Source: Escherichia coli (lineage in GTDB: Bacteria; Pseudomonadota; Gammaproteobacteria; Enterobacterales; Enterobacteriaceae). From it: 64,000 bases of DNA. Both the position numbers and the translations under genes were made by a program. Below the pieces are notes generated by a model that saw nothing but the letters and a program-made list of their open reading frames with translations, was not told the DNA's origin and ran no database searches. The first letter of the stretch is position 1. Each line of letters starts with the position of its first letter. The stretch lies in the NCBI RefSeq assembly GCF_003991155.1, contig NZ_CP031293.1; one strand, written 5' to 3'. This document shows, piece by piece, positions 34,251-46,431 of this stretch.

Positions 34251-35042
34251 TTACATCGCGTTCAGACGTTTTTGCGCCTGTTTAGCGCCATCAGTACCAG
34301 GGTATTTACTGATAACCTGCTGGTATACGGCTTTCGCTTTTGCGGTGTCACCTTTGTCCTGCATGATGACGCCGACTTTAAACATCGCATCTGCAGCCTT
34401 CGGTGACTTCGGATAGTTTTTCACTACCGAAGCAAAATAATACGCCGCATCATCTTTTTTACCCTTGTTGTAGTTTAACTGACCCAGCCAATAATTGGCG
34501 TTTGGCAGGTAAGTTGAATCAGGGTAATTCTTGATGAAATTCTGAAATGCCACCATTGCGTCATCCTGGCGGGATTTATCCTGCACCAGCGCAATAGCTG
34601 CATTGTAATCCGTGTTTGCATCACCGCTTTTCACCGGCGCGCCAGCATTCGCAGTACCAGCATCAGCTGTCGGCGTCGTTGATGCCGCCGCACCGCTTTG
34701 ATCGCCGCTGGTTGATTGCGCCGTTGCACCACCGCTGCTGAGGCTATCGATCTGCAACAGGATCTGCTTTTGCCGCTCCACGACCTGATTCAGTTGATAC
34801 TGATTTTCCTGAATCTGACCACGCAGGGAATCAATATCGGATTGATTATCAGAGAGTTGTTGCTGGAGTTGGGTTAAAAGCTGGCTGTGAGCATTAGAAA
34901 TACGCTCAAGTTGAGTGACGCGGTCTTCGACCGAGCCTGAGCCGACACTACTGATTGGTGCCTGAGCAAAAGCGGCCCAGGGGGCCGCTATACCAACCAG
35001 TAACGACAGACTCAATAGTTGATGTCTGAAGTTACTGCTCAT
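34251..35042 (-). CDS. cpoB: Cell-division coordinator with TPR repeats (YbgF)
   Basis: 263 aa; signal peptide, coiled-coil Q-rich N-domain, C-terminal TPR. Confidence 0.92.
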   Translation of the reverse strand: MSSNFRHQLLSLSLLVGIAAPWAAFAQAPISSVGSGSVEDRVTQLERISNAHSQLLTQLQQQLSDNQSDIDSLRGQIQENQYQLNQVVERQKQILLQIDSLSSGGATAQSTSGDQSGAAASTTPTADAGTANAGAPVKSGDANTDYNAAIALVQDKSRQDDAMVAFQNFIKNYPDSTYLPNANYWLGQLNYNKGKKDDAAYYFASVVKNYPKSPKAADAMFKVGVIMQDKGDTAKAKAVYQQVISKYPGTDGAKQAQKRLNAM

Positions 35043-35051
35043 GCAATTCTC

Positions 35052-35597
<546 letters not shown>

Positions 35598-35607
35598 TTA
35601 ATTATTA

Positions 35608-36900
35608 TCACAGATACGGCGACCAGGCAGGGAATTTGACCTGTCCATCAGTTGCCGGAAGACGCGCTTTGAAACGCCCATCTGTAGAAACCAAATTCAG
35701 CACGGATCCCATCCCCTGAGAAGAGCTGTAGATTACCATAGTGCCGTTAGGTGCCAGACTTGGCGTTTCATCCAGGAACGTGGACGACAGAACTTGTACG
35801 CCTCCCGTTGCCAGATCTTGTTTGGCAATGTGCTGCTGTCCACCGTTGGAGCTAACCATTACCATAAATTTACCGTCGCTGCTGACATCCGCATCCTGGT
35901 TCTGCGAACCTTCCCAGGTAATACGTTGTGGCGCACCGCCGTTGATATTCACTTTATAAACCTGTGGACGACCGGCCTGGTCAGAAGTAAATGCCAGGTT
36001 CTGGCTATCCGGGAACCAGGTCGGTTCGGTATTGTTACTGCGACCATCAGTCACCTGGCGGATCTGACCAGAAGCCAAATCCATTACGTACAGGTTCAGA
36101 CTACCGGTTTTCGACAAGGCGAATGCCAGTTTGCTGCCGTCTGGCGAGAATGCAGGTGCACCGTTGTGACGCGGGAATGAAGCCACCTGACGTACAGCGC
36201 CATTTGCCAGCGTCTGAATAACCAGCGCGGAACGACCGCTTTCGAAGGTCACATAAGCCAGTTTAGAACCGTCTGGTGACCACGCCGGAGACATCAGCGG
36301 CTGCGGTGAACGGTGAACGACAAACTGGTTGTAACCGTCATAGTCAGATACGCGCAGTTCATACGGGAACTGACCGCCGTTGGTCTGAACAACGTAGGCA
36401 ATACGGGTACGGAACGCACCTTTAATGCCGGTCAGTTTTTCAAACACTTCATCACTGGCGGTATGACCAGCATAACGCAGCCACTGCTTGTTCACTTTGT
36501 ACGAGTTCTGAGCAAGTACAGTACCCGGTGCGCCGCCAGTGTCAACAAGTTGATAAGCAACATTGTAAGAACCATCCGGATTCGGAGTGACCTGACCGAC
36601 AACTACAGCGTCAATACCCAGCGCGGACCATGCAGCTGGTTGTACTTCCTGCGCACTACCCGGCTGCTGTGGCAGACGAGCGCGATCTAACGGATTAAAT
36701 TTACCGCTGTTACGCAAGTCGGCAGCAACGATGCCGCCAATATCTTCAGGTGCCGCACCAGGGCCCGCCCACTGGAAAGGAACAACTCCAATAGGACGAC
36801 CGGAATCTACACCGCTGTCGATCACAATGCGGACTTCAGCATGCAGAACTGATGCCCACAGTATGAGAAAACCAAATGCTACTCGTAATGCCTGCTTCAT
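35608..36900 (-). CDS. tolB: Tol-Pal system periplasmic beta-propeller protein
   Basis: 430 aa with signal peptide. Confidence 0.93.
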   Translation of the reverse strand: MKQALRVAFGFLILWASVLHAEVRIVIDSGVDSGRPIGVVPFQWAGPGAAPEDIGGIVAADLRNSGKFNPLDRARLPQQPGSAQEVQPAAWSALGIDAVVVGQVTPNPDGSYNVAYQLVDTGGAPGTVLAQNSYKVNKQWLRYAGHTASDEVFEKLTGIKGAFRTRIAYVVQTNGGQFPYELRVSDYDGYNQFVVHRSPQPLMSPAWSPDGSKLAYVTFESGRSALVIQTLANGAVRQVASFPRHNGAPAFSPDGSKLAFALSKTGSLNLYVMDLASGQIRQVTDGRSNNTEPTWFPDSQNLAFTSDQAGRPQVYKVNINGGAPQRITWEGSQNQDADVSSDGKFMVMVSSNGGQQHIAKQDLATGGVQVLSSTFLDETPSLAPNGTMVIYSSSQGMGSVLNLVSTDGRFKARLPATDGQVKFPAWSPYL

Positions 36901-37032
36901 CATATCTCCCTTATCTGGACCGATGGCCCACGATAATTTAGCAGAATGTTAACAAACTAAAATACACAAAACTACCAGAACCCCGTGGCAACCGGTGCCT
37001 GATGTTGACCGTCGGAACAGTCAACATCGCGA

Positions 37033-38298
37033 TTACGGTTTGAAGTCCAATGGCGCGTTTTTGAACACTTCATATACTGCCTGGCTTGGTGGTTTCGGGA
37101 TCTTCGCAAGTTTAGCTGCTGCCAACGCAGCCTGACAAAGTGCGGGATCGCCACCTTCAGGTTTGATATCCAGTAACATACCATCGGGTGCCAGTTTTAT
37201 GCGCAGCGTACAGGTTTTGCCTGCATAGGACGATGCGTCATAGAACTTACTTTCGATAGCAGATTTAATCTGCCCGGCATAGTTATTGATATCGGCCCCT
37301 GATGCGCCATTGTTTTTAGTATTACCACTCCCGGCTGGCGAAGCATTGTTCCCTTTCGCCCCTCCCCCCGTTTTCGGTGCATTCTTACCAGAGCTTAGCT
37401 CACCGAAAATATCATCTGCCTCTGCGGCAGCTTTTGCTGCAGCGGCTTTTTCAGCTGCTGCTTTTGCCGCTGCCGCTTTTTTGTCTGCGGCGGCTTTTTC
37501 TGCCGCTGCTTTCTTATCAGCTGCTGCCTTTTCAGCAGCCGCTTTTTCTGCTGCTTTTTTGTCGGCTGCCGCTTTCTCTGCTGCCGCTTTCTTATCAGCT
37601 GCAGCCTTTTCAGCAGCCGCTTTCTTCTCAGCTTCTGCTTTGGCTTTTTCAGCAGCTTCAGTTGCCGCTTTCTTTCTTGCTTCAGCTGCAGCTGCTTCTG
37701 CCGCTTCCGCTTTCTTCTTCAGTGCCGCCGCGGCTGCCTCGGCTTTTTTCTGCGCTTCGGCTGCGGCTTTGGCGGCTTCTGCTTCTGCTTTTTTCTTCGC
37801 GTCTGCAGCCGCTTTCTTCGCTGCTTCTTCCGCAGCTTTTGCATCCGCTTCAGCCTTCGCTTTAGCATCTGCCGCCGCTTTCGCTGCCGCTTCTTCCGCT
37901 TGCTTCTGCTTTAACTCGGCCTGTTTTGCGGCTTCTTCAGCCTGCTTTTTCTGTTCCTGAGCCGCTAACCGCTCTTTCTCAAGTTGCTTCAGGCGTTCCT
38001 GTTCAGCCGCTTGTTTCTCACGCAGTTCTTCAGCAGCCTGCTGTTCCTTCATCTTGCGCTGCTCATCAGAACGCTTCGCGCTTGATTCCTGGCTTTGCAT
38101 GCGTTTGTACTGCTCAACTACCGCACCTGAATCAACCATGACAGCGTCGATGGACGAACCACCGCCGCCTCCGGCTGAAGCTTCTATATTCTCATCGAAC
38201 GAACTCCAGATCAGCGCCGCAAATAAGATGACATGCAGCACTGCTGAAATAATTATCGCCCGTTTGAGCTTGTCGTTTTGTTCGGTTGCCTTTGACAC
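37033..38298 (-). CDS. tolA: Tol-Pal system protein TolA
   Basis: 421 aa; N-terminal TM anchor, long Ala/Lys/Glu-rich helical repeat domain, C-terminal globular domain. Confidence 0.93.
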   Translation of the reverse strand: MSKATEQNDKLKRAIIISAVLHVILFAALIWSSFDENIEASAGGGGGSSIDAVMVDSGAVVEQYKRMQSQESSAKRSDEQRKMKEQQAAEELREKQAAEQERLKQLEKERLAAQEQKKQAEEAAKQAELKQKQAEEAAAKAAADAKAKAEADAKAAEEAAKKAAADAKKKAEAEAAKAAAEAQKKAEAAAAALKKKAEAAEAAAAEARKKAATEAAEKAKAEAEKKAAAEKAAADKKAAAEKAAADKKAAEKAAAEKAAADKKAAAEKAAADKKAAAAKAAAEKAAAAKAAAEADDIFGELSSGKNAPKTGGGAKGNNASPAGSGNTKNNGASGADINNYAGQIKSAIESKFYDASSYAGKTCTLRIKLAPDGMLLDIKPEGGDPALCQAALAAAKLAKIPKPPSQAVYEVFKNAPLDFKP

Positions 38299-38362
38299 TC
38301 TCGGTTTCCAAAAACTGTTCGCCTGTTACCCGCTCTCTTTCAAGCAAGGGAAACGCAGATGT

Positions 38363-38791
38363 TTAGATAGGCTGCGTCATTAAACCAACCGATTTCACAC
38401 CCGCACTATGTAACAAGTTCAGTGCTTTAATTATTTCATCGTAAGGCACATCTTTTGCGCCACCGATCAGAAAGACCGTTTTCGGGTTGGCCTTGAAACG
38501 GCTGGACACTTCCGCCACCACCTGCTCTGGTGGTAAACGCTCCAGGCGATCTTTCTCAACCACCACGGTGTACTGACCAATACCAGACACTTCAACAATC
38601 ACTGGCGGATTATCGTTACTGCTCACCGCCTGTGATTCAGTAGCGTCTGGCAGATCGACCTCCACGCTCTGGGTAATGATGGGCGCTGTCGCCATAAAGA
38701 TCAGCAACAGCACCAGCAGTACGTCCAGCAACGGTACAATGTTGATTTCGGACTTGAGATCGCGACGACCTCGTCCACGCGCTCTGGCCAT
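38363..38791 (-). CDS. tolR: Tol-Pal system protein TolR
   Basis: 142 aa, ExbD/TolR family. Confidence 0.93.
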   Translation of the reverse strand: MARARGRGRRDLKSEINIVPLLDVLLVLLLIFMATAPIITQSVEVDLPDATESQAVSSNDNPPVIVEVSGIGQYTVVVEKDRLERLPPEQVVAEVSSRFKANPKTVFLIGGAKDVPYDEIIKALNLLHSAGVKSVGLMTQPI

Positions 38792-38794
38792 GGC

Positions 38795-39888
<1,094 letters not shown>

Positions 39889-40037
39889 TTTACATCCCGG
39901 TAATGCAACAAAAGTTAGAGCTTTTAAACGCTGCTACTATACGCGCGCGATTGAGGTTTGGGAATGAGGGCAAGTTAAGGGAGCGTAAAAATTTATGGGC
40001 CTGGAGCGGCCCATAATTTTTTAAAGAGAATTCTGAT

Positions 40038-40331
40038 TTAAAAGAAGAAGAAAATCAGCCCGACAATGAGAACAATATCGGCAAGCAATGGGCAAAAAAT
40101 CCCTTGCCAAAGAACCTTCTGCGGACGAAAGCCCACGCCGTGAATAACACCAGCACAGACGGCCCACATCAGCAATAAACCATGCCAGATTTCCAGTTCA
40201 CTGGTCTTCGCGGCGAAACGTGACGGGTCCCAAAACATACATCCTGCTAACAGAAGCGCCATCACGAAGGAAAGCGCCCGCAGGGGGCGCTTGTCCATTA
40301 CCGCATACAAGGTTGCGATAATCTTACTCAT
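40038..40331 (-). CDS. ybgE: Small inner-membrane protein of cyd operon
   Basis: 97-aa hydrophobic ORF downstream of cydX. Confidence 0.8.
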   Translation of the reverse strand: MSKIIATLYAVMDKRPLRALSFVMALLLAGCMFWDPSRFAAKTSELEIWHGLLLMWAVCAGVIHGVGFRPQKVLWQGIFCPLLADIVLIVGLIFFFF

Positions 40332-40444
40332 CAGATGTCTTCTTGACCGGCTTTGCCTGATTCGACGTGCTCAAGCGCCAGCGCGGTGATTACCCCAAAC
40401 GAACAGGCAAGAAGCGTTCCCAGAATCCATGCGAAATACCACAT
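40331..40444 (-). CDS. cydX: Cytochrome bd-I accessory small subunit (37 aa); absent from ORF track
   Basis: Reverse complement translates MWYFAWILGTLLACSFGVITALALEHVESGKAGQEDI; stop overlaps ybgE start. Confidence 0.8.
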   Translation of the reverse strand: MWYFAWILGTLLACSFGVITALALEHVESGKAGQEDI

Positions 40445-40458
40445 TTTTAGCTCCTTAC

Positions 40459-41598
40459 TTAGTACAGAGAGTGGGTGTTACGTTCAATATCTTCTTTGGT
40501 GATACGACCGAACATTTTCCAGTAACACCAGGCGGTGTAGAGCAGAATGATCGGTACCAGAACCACCGCAACCCAGGTCATGACGTTAAGTGTCAGCTGG
40601 CTGGAAGTTGCATCCCACATTGTCAGACTTGCGTTCATCATGGTGCTGGACGGCATCACAAACGGGAACATTGCGATACCGGCAGTCAGGATGATGCAGG
40701 CCAGCGTCAGGGAGGAGAACACAAACGCCCACGCGGCTTTATCCATACGTGCAGTCAGGATGGTCAGCAGCGGCAGAACCACACCCAGTGCCGGAATAGC
40801 CCACAGAATTGGCGTGTTGTTGAAGTTAACCAGCCATGCGCCAGCTTCACGAACCACTTCTTTATTCAGCGGGTTAGAGGCTGCGTAATGGTCCATTGTC
40901 GATTTCACGACATAACCATCGATACCGTACATCACCCATACGCCAGCCAGTGCGAAGCAGACCAGTGTCACCAGTGCCGCCACCTGAGCCGTTGCACGGG
41001 TACGCAGGTGCAGTTCGCCCACGGTACGCATTTGCAGATAGGTTGCGCCCTGAGTAATGATCATCCCTACGCTCACCACGCCTGCCAGCAGGCCGAACGG
41101 GTTAAGCAGCTGGAAAAAGTTACCGGTGTAGTACAGACGCAGATATTCATCAACGTTGAACGGTACGCCCTGCAACAGGTTACCGAACGCTACACCAATC
41201 ACCAGCGGCGGAACGAAGCTACCAATGAAGATGCCCCAGTCCCACATGTTACGCCAGCGGGTTTCTTCAATCTTGGAGCGGTAGTCAAAACCGACCGGAC
41301 GGAAGAACAAAGACGCCAGCACGAGGATCATCGCCACATAGAAGCCGGAGAACGCAGCGGCATAGACCATCGGCCAGGCAGCAAAGAGTGCGCCGCCCGC
41401 GGTGATCAGCCAAACCTGGTTACCGTCCCAGTGTGGTGCAATGGAGTTAATCATAATTCGACGCTCGGTGTCGTTACGACCGAGGAAACGGGTGAGCATG
41501 CCCACCCCCATGTCGAAACCGTCAGTGACTGCAAAACCAATCAGCAGAACGCCAACCAGCAGCCACCAGATAAAACGCAATACTTCATAATCGATCAT
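40459..41598 (-). CDS. cydB: Cytochrome bd-I ubiquinol oxidase subunit II
   Basis: 379-aa polytopic membrane protein. Confidence 0.95.
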   Translation of the reverse strand: MIDYEVLRFIWWLLVGVLLIGFAVTDGFDMGVGMLTRFLGRNDTERRIMINSIAPHWDGNQVWLITAGGALFAAWPMVYAAAFSGFYVAMILVLASLFFRPVGFDYRSKIEETRWRNMWDWGIFIGSFVPPLVIGVAFGNLLQGVPFNVDEYLRLYYTGNFFQLLNPFGLLAGVVSVGMIITQGATYLQMRTVGELHLRTRATAQVAALVTLVCFALAGVWVMYGIDGYVVKSTMDHYAASNPLNKEVVREAGAWLVNFNNTPILWAIPALGVVLPLLTILTARMDKAAWAFVFSSLTLACIILTAGIAMFPFVMPSSTMMNASLTMWDATSSQLTLNVMTWVAVVLVPIILLYTAWCYWKMFGRITKEDIERNTHSLY

Positions 41599-41613
41599 TT
41601 GACGACTCCTGTC

Positions 41614-43182
41614 TTAGCGTGCCGGCTGAGTAGTCGTGGAAGACTGCTCAAAGTGATAGCGACCGGTTTTCAGGCTGCTTGGGCCGAGGCGTGCAAACTT
41701 GAACATTAAGAACAATTCTGCCACCAGGAACAGGGTATACAGGCCGCAAATCAGCACCATTGAGAAGATGAGATCGCCTGCGGTCAGTGACGAGTTCGCC
41801 ACAGCTGTCGGCAGCACTTCACCGATAGCCCACGGTTGGCGGCCATATTCAGCCACAAACCAGCCCGCTTCTACAGCAATCCACGGCAGCGGAATACCGT
41901 ACAGCGCGGCGCGCAGCAGCCATTTTTTCTCGCCAATGCGGTTGCGGATGACACTCCAGAAAGAGAGCGCGATGATTGCCAGCAGCAGGAAGCCACACGC
42001 CACCATGATACGGAACGCGAAGTACAGCGGCGCTACACGCGGAATGGAGTCTTTGGTTGCCTGTTGAATCTGCGCTTCAGTCGCATCAGCCACGTTTGGC
42101 GTATAGCGTTTCAGCAGCAGACCGTAACCGAGGTCTTTCTTCATGCTATTGAACTGGTCACGAACCGCCTGGTCGGTAGAACCAGAACGCAGTTGCTCGA
42201 GCAGAGAGTACGCCTTCATCCCGTTACGAATGCGTTCTTCATGCTGCACCATCAGTTCTTTCAGGCCGATAACTGGAGTATCCACGGAACGCGTTGCAAT
42301 GATGCCCAGCGCGTAAGGGATCTGGATCGCAAATTTGTTCGTCTCCTCTTCCTGATCAGGAATGCCGAACAGAGTAAAGGCAGCAGGCGCAGGTTGCGTT
42401 TCCCACTCGGCTTCAATAGCAGCCAGTTTGGTTTTCTGCACGTCGCCCATTTCGTAACCAGATTCATCACCCAGAACAATAACAGACAGAACGGCAGCCA
42501 TACCGAAGCTGGCAGCGATAGCAAAGGAGCGTTTAGCGAAGGCGAAGTCACGACCTTTCAGCATATACCATGCGCTGATACCGAGGATGAACATCGCGCC
42601 AGTCACATAACCAGACGCTACAGTGTGAACGAATTTCACCTGAGCAACCGGGTTAAGCACCAGCTCGGAGAAGCTCACCATCTCCATACGCATAGTTTCA
42701 AAGTTGAAATCGGACGCGATTGGGTTTTGCATCCAGCCGTTCGCAACCAGAATCCACAGTGCGGACAGGTTTGAACCGAGCGCCACCAGCCAGGTGACAC
42801 ACATATGCTGAACTTTACCCAGACGATCCCAACCGAAGAAGAACAGACCTACAAAGGTGGATTCGAGGAAGAAGGCCATTAGACCTTCGATTGCCAGCGG
42901 CGCACCGAAGATATCCCCTACATAGTGGGAATAGTAAGACCAGTTAGTCCCGAACTGGAACTCCATGGTCAGACCGGTAGCCACACCCAGAGCGAAGTTG
43001 ATACCAAACAACTTGCCCCAGAACTTGGTCATATCTTTATAAATCTGTTTGCCGGAAAGGACGTAGACCGTTTCCATAATGGCCAGCAGGAACGCCATAC
43101 CGAGCGTCAGTGGCACAAAAAGGAAGTGGTACATCGCGGTCAAGGCAAACTGTAAGCGCGACAGTTCGACTATATCTAACAT
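41614..43182 (-). CDS. cydA: Cytochrome bd-I ubiquinol oxidase subunit I
   Basis: 522 aa from [24 protein letters not shown]. Confidence 0.95.
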
Positions 43183-43185
43183 CAT

Positions 43186-43987
43186 GACTCCTTGCTCATC
43201 GCATGAAGACTCCGAGAGTGAACCCCGTTAGAAAGGGTCACACGCATGCCCCAATACAAAATTATTTGCTCGCCTCTATCGTTGCCATTTCATCAAAAGA
43301 GGAAAAGACAATGATAAAAAAGTTACAAATATGTTAATGAATAAACCAAATTGATCCCGTAATTATATTACGCCGCAAAATCCTTACAATAAACAGGTTT
43401 TTATTGAGCAAATTTGCATTTTTCGACAGTGATCAATTTATAGCGAAATTGTCACGATCTCACCAATTTGATCTACGACAATTTATCGTGTTTTGCAGAT
43501 TTTTTTCAAGAATTAAAAATTGATTTATATCAAAACCAACCAAATATGTTAATTATGTATAAACCATAGATCATTGGTGATTTTATTGTTAATTTATTGT
43601 GAAATATTTATGCAACACAATTATTACAATGAAAAGGTATAGATAAAAAACCAGTGTTTTATTTAACAGAACCGCCTTATCCACTTTTTATAATACCAAT
43701 TGATTAGATTAGCCAATTTGTTGCTATTTTACATAACATATTTTTATCAAAGTTAATTGATTGTTGCCTTTATGAGCACCGGCCGTAAGCCCGTTATGTT
43801 ATTGTTTCATTAGTAATAATCACTTAAATGTATCGATGAAACAGGTATGACTTAGCGGGAGTGATTGTTTCTGAGTGAACAGAAACCACTTTCGCCTGAT
43901 AAATGAAAAATGAGCGATTTTTGCAAGTTAGTTTTTCTATAGCCGAGTACGCTCAGCGCCTCGCTTGATTACAATGAGGTTGCTGCT
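43186..43987. promoter_or_regulatory. Long AT-rich cydA upstream region / island junction
   Basis: About 800 bp with no ORF of 60 aa or more, visibly AT-rich; the cydAB promoters (FNR/ArcA-regulated in K-12) are expected here but individual sites were not resolved. Confidence 0.4.
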
Positions 43988-44932
43988 ATGAGTCCTGATA
44001 ATATCGGTTCGGCTGTCAATCGCTTCTCAGGTTGGCCATCTAATGATCCTCTAAAAACAGATAACGAATCAATGACATCACCCGTGACTGTGCAGGTAAT
44101 AAAGATGATTGCCGCCATCCTTGACCCATATCGGATAGTCGTTGGAATCGATACACTTTATACAACGCAGCGCGAAACATTTACCTCAGAGAGTCAACAG
44201 CTCATTGAATCAGCATTGCAAACACTTCATGTGATAAATTTAAATAACCTGGAAACAAATCTCGATGAGGACGGTCACTATCTGGCTTTTGGATATAACG
44301 TTGACACTCCTGACAGAATAACCGTTTCTGCTTATAATGAAAAAAAGCCTGGCTGCTATGGCCAATGTCTTTTAATACAGGATGACGAAACAGACTTATT
44401 TAACCTGATAAAAGTTAAAATTTTTGAAGCCAGGCATAATTATGTCGCTCAATTGATGAGCGATCCGGAATTTATGTTCAAATTTAGTTATAGCGCTCAA
44501 CAAAATAGATTAGAACCTCATCTTCTGGTTCCCACTTATTTCCCTCTAAAAACAAACGAACCGGTTACGCAAGAGGATGTACTGTTACTTTATCGTTTCT
44601 TTAAAATGGATGGTGATTTTAATATATTAACATCAGATGAATACATGAGTATCATGACACCTCTGATGAAGTGTGAGCGCAGCATCCACGACCACAACAG
44701 GTATGTGACGGGCAAAGATACCCTTCTTCTGGACTATCCTCCTTCTGGTAACCAGATATATTTCCATATTTTTCCTGACGAATCAGCAACACTAGTCCTT
44801 TATTTTTCAAACAATGACATTGAATGTTTCGTCTTTGAAAGAGATATTCCGAGCCAGTATCGCTTTTTCAAAATGTTTACCAATCTGGCACTGGTTATTG
44901 ATCAGTTAACCGATGCCAATCAAATACTTTAA
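43988..44932 (+). CDS. Hypothetical protein (314 aa), AT-rich, no recognised family
   Basis: ATG with gagg RBS about 9 nt upstream; contains internal YRFFKM repeat; low-GC codon usage. Confidence 0.6.
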   Translation: MSPDNIGSAVNRFSGWPSNDPLKTDNESMTSPVTVQVIKMIAAILDPYRIVVGIDTLYTTQRETFTSESQQLIESALQTLHVINLNNLETNLDEDGHYLAFGYNVDTPDRITVSAYNEKKPGCYGQCLLIQDDETDLFNLIKVKIFEARHNYVAQLMSDPEFMFKFSYSAQQNRLEPHLLVPTYFPLKTNEPVTQEDVLLLYRFFKMDGDFNILTSDEYMSIMTPLMKCERSIHDHNRYVTGKDTLLLDYPPSGNQIYFHIFPDESATLVLYFSNNDIECFVFERDIPSQYRFFKMFTNLALVIDQLTDANQIL

Positions 44933-45012
44933 TTTTTATATATTCCCTGTGGCAAATATTGCTAAACAATGCCCGGGGATTAATTTTTATTACTCACGGA
45001 AAGATTTAAATA

Positions 45013-45435
45013 ATGATCCCATCTCAAATCTCTTTCAACACCCTTCCTGTCAATGCAACATACGCTTCAGAGACAACAGTTGACACACAAAAATTCTCTG
45101 ACATCCTCTACTCAGCGGGGTGTTCCCTAAAGGATCTGGCTTATCTGAGCAGATGTCTGGCATCAATACATCCGACTATCGCCAAAAACATTTATGAAAC
45201 AGAAAATCTCAGCGATCAAAAATTACTACATATTGATTGCCGTAGTACAAATGAAATCAAGATAAATATCTTTTTTGGTCAACAACGAGAAGGATTAATT
45301 GAAATTAATTCTGACACTGTCATTTTTTCGATATTGTCTTCATTAATTGACTCCGCCATTTCTAAATTTCAACACCAAATCCCCGTTAACGGTTCAGTTA
45401 ATCGTGAACTATTGTATGAGGATTATACTGATTAA
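45013..45435 (+). CDS. Hypothetical protein (140 aa), AT-rich, no recognised family
   Basis: ATG start; Ser/Thr/Asn-rich N-terminus, acidic C-terminus; 80 bp downstream of previous ORF. Confidence 0.55.
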   Translation: MIPSQISFNTLPVNATYASETTVDTQKFSDILYSAGCSLKDLAYLSRCLASIHPTIAKNIYETENLSDQKLLHIDCRSTNEIKINIFFGQQREGLIEINSDTVIFSILSSLIDSAISKFQHQIPVNGSVNRELLYEDYTD

Positions 45436-45981
45436 ATCCACCCAGTCGCGAAAATGGCCTGCGTTATTGCCAGAGGTAATAAAACCTTTGATTAACGTTA
45501 CTCATACTGGTAGCACCTTCATGTACCTCTCTTTTTTACGAAAAATCAAAAGAGCTAACTAAGGTCATAATTCGCATGAATCATTAACCATTTGTTATTT
45601 TCAACATTATTTTTACATTAAGCAGAGATGAATTGCAGTGAAATTCGACTTAAATTTTATGAAATGCATTTACTCATGGCTAAACCCATATCACTAAAAT
45701 GCAAATTAGAAGTAGATCACAAATACCTCAATACACCAAATCAAGTTAATTTTAAAAATTTAACATTCATGACATTAGTTGACATAACACACTGAATTAA
45801 CATGAGAATTTAACAACATACTTTAAACAATCATTTCCCGAAAGACATTTTGAAAATAGATCAATTGCAACATTACGGTCAGATAAAGACACTCCTGTGA
45901 TATTAAACCTGTGCCGTTATGAACGGCCATAAATACGACGTGTGTAACTTATTTTACTCTCTGTCTTACAAAGGATTACCC

Positions 45982-46431
45982 ATGAAGAAAGCAACACTTG
46001 TGATTGGCGTTATTGGCGCGGACTGCCATGCAGTAGGCAATAAAGTTCTGGACCGCGTTTTTAGCAACCATGGCTTCAGAGTCATTAATCTGGGCGTAAT
46101 GGTCAGCCAGGACGAATATATTGATGCGGCCATTGAAACTGGCGCTGACGCGATTGTCGTCTCCTCTATCTATGGGCATGGCGATATCGACTGTCTGGGC
46201 ATGCGCGAACGCTGCATCGAGCGTGGACTGGGGGACATCCTGCTCTATGTGGGCGGTAACCTGGTGGTCGGAAAACATGACTTCGCTGACGTGGAAACCA
46301 AATTCAAAGAGATGGGATTTGATCGCGTCTTTGCCCCAAGTCATGACTTAGAAGATGTTTGTCAGCTGATGGCACACGATATCAACCAACGTCATGACGT
46401 TGATACTCGTATTCTTGAAGAGGCAATCTGA
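45982..46431 (+). CDS. Glutamate mutase sigma (S) subunit, B12-binding
   Basis: [24 protein letters not shown]: DxHxxG cobalamin-binding motif; strong similarity to clostridial GlmS/MutS; aagga RBS; ORF track start 45919 is an extension. Confidence 0.9.
   Translation: MKKATLVIGVIGADCHAVGNKVLDRVFSNHGFRVINLGVMVSQDEYIDAAIETGADAIVVSSIYGHGDIDCLGMRERCIERGLGDILLYVGGNLVVGKHDFADVETKFKEMGFDRVFAPSHDLEDVCQLMAHDINQRHDVDTRILEEAI

Noticed and set aside
37286-37960. Long plus-strand ORFs (224 and 162 aa) rich in Ala/Leu/Ser/Phe
   Set aside because: They are antisense to the repetitive tolA domain II region; low-complexity translation of the repeat, not genes.
40429-41709. 426-aa plus-strand ORF rich in His/Gln/Arg
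   Set aside because: Antisense to cydB and cydX and part of cydA; composition is non-protein-like and the minus-strand genes are unambiguous.
43186-43987. Individual FNR/ArcA sites in the cydA upstream region (e.g. ttgatctacgacaattt)
   Set aside because: Several TTGAT-like half-sites occur in AT-rich DNA but none matches TTGAT-N4-ATCAA well enough to place from sequence alone.
43186-45981. Mobile element, integrase or IS at the island boundary
   Set aside because: No transposase/integrase-like ORF, terminal inverted repeats or tRNA-associated att site could be seen; AT-richness alone is not evidence of a mobile element.
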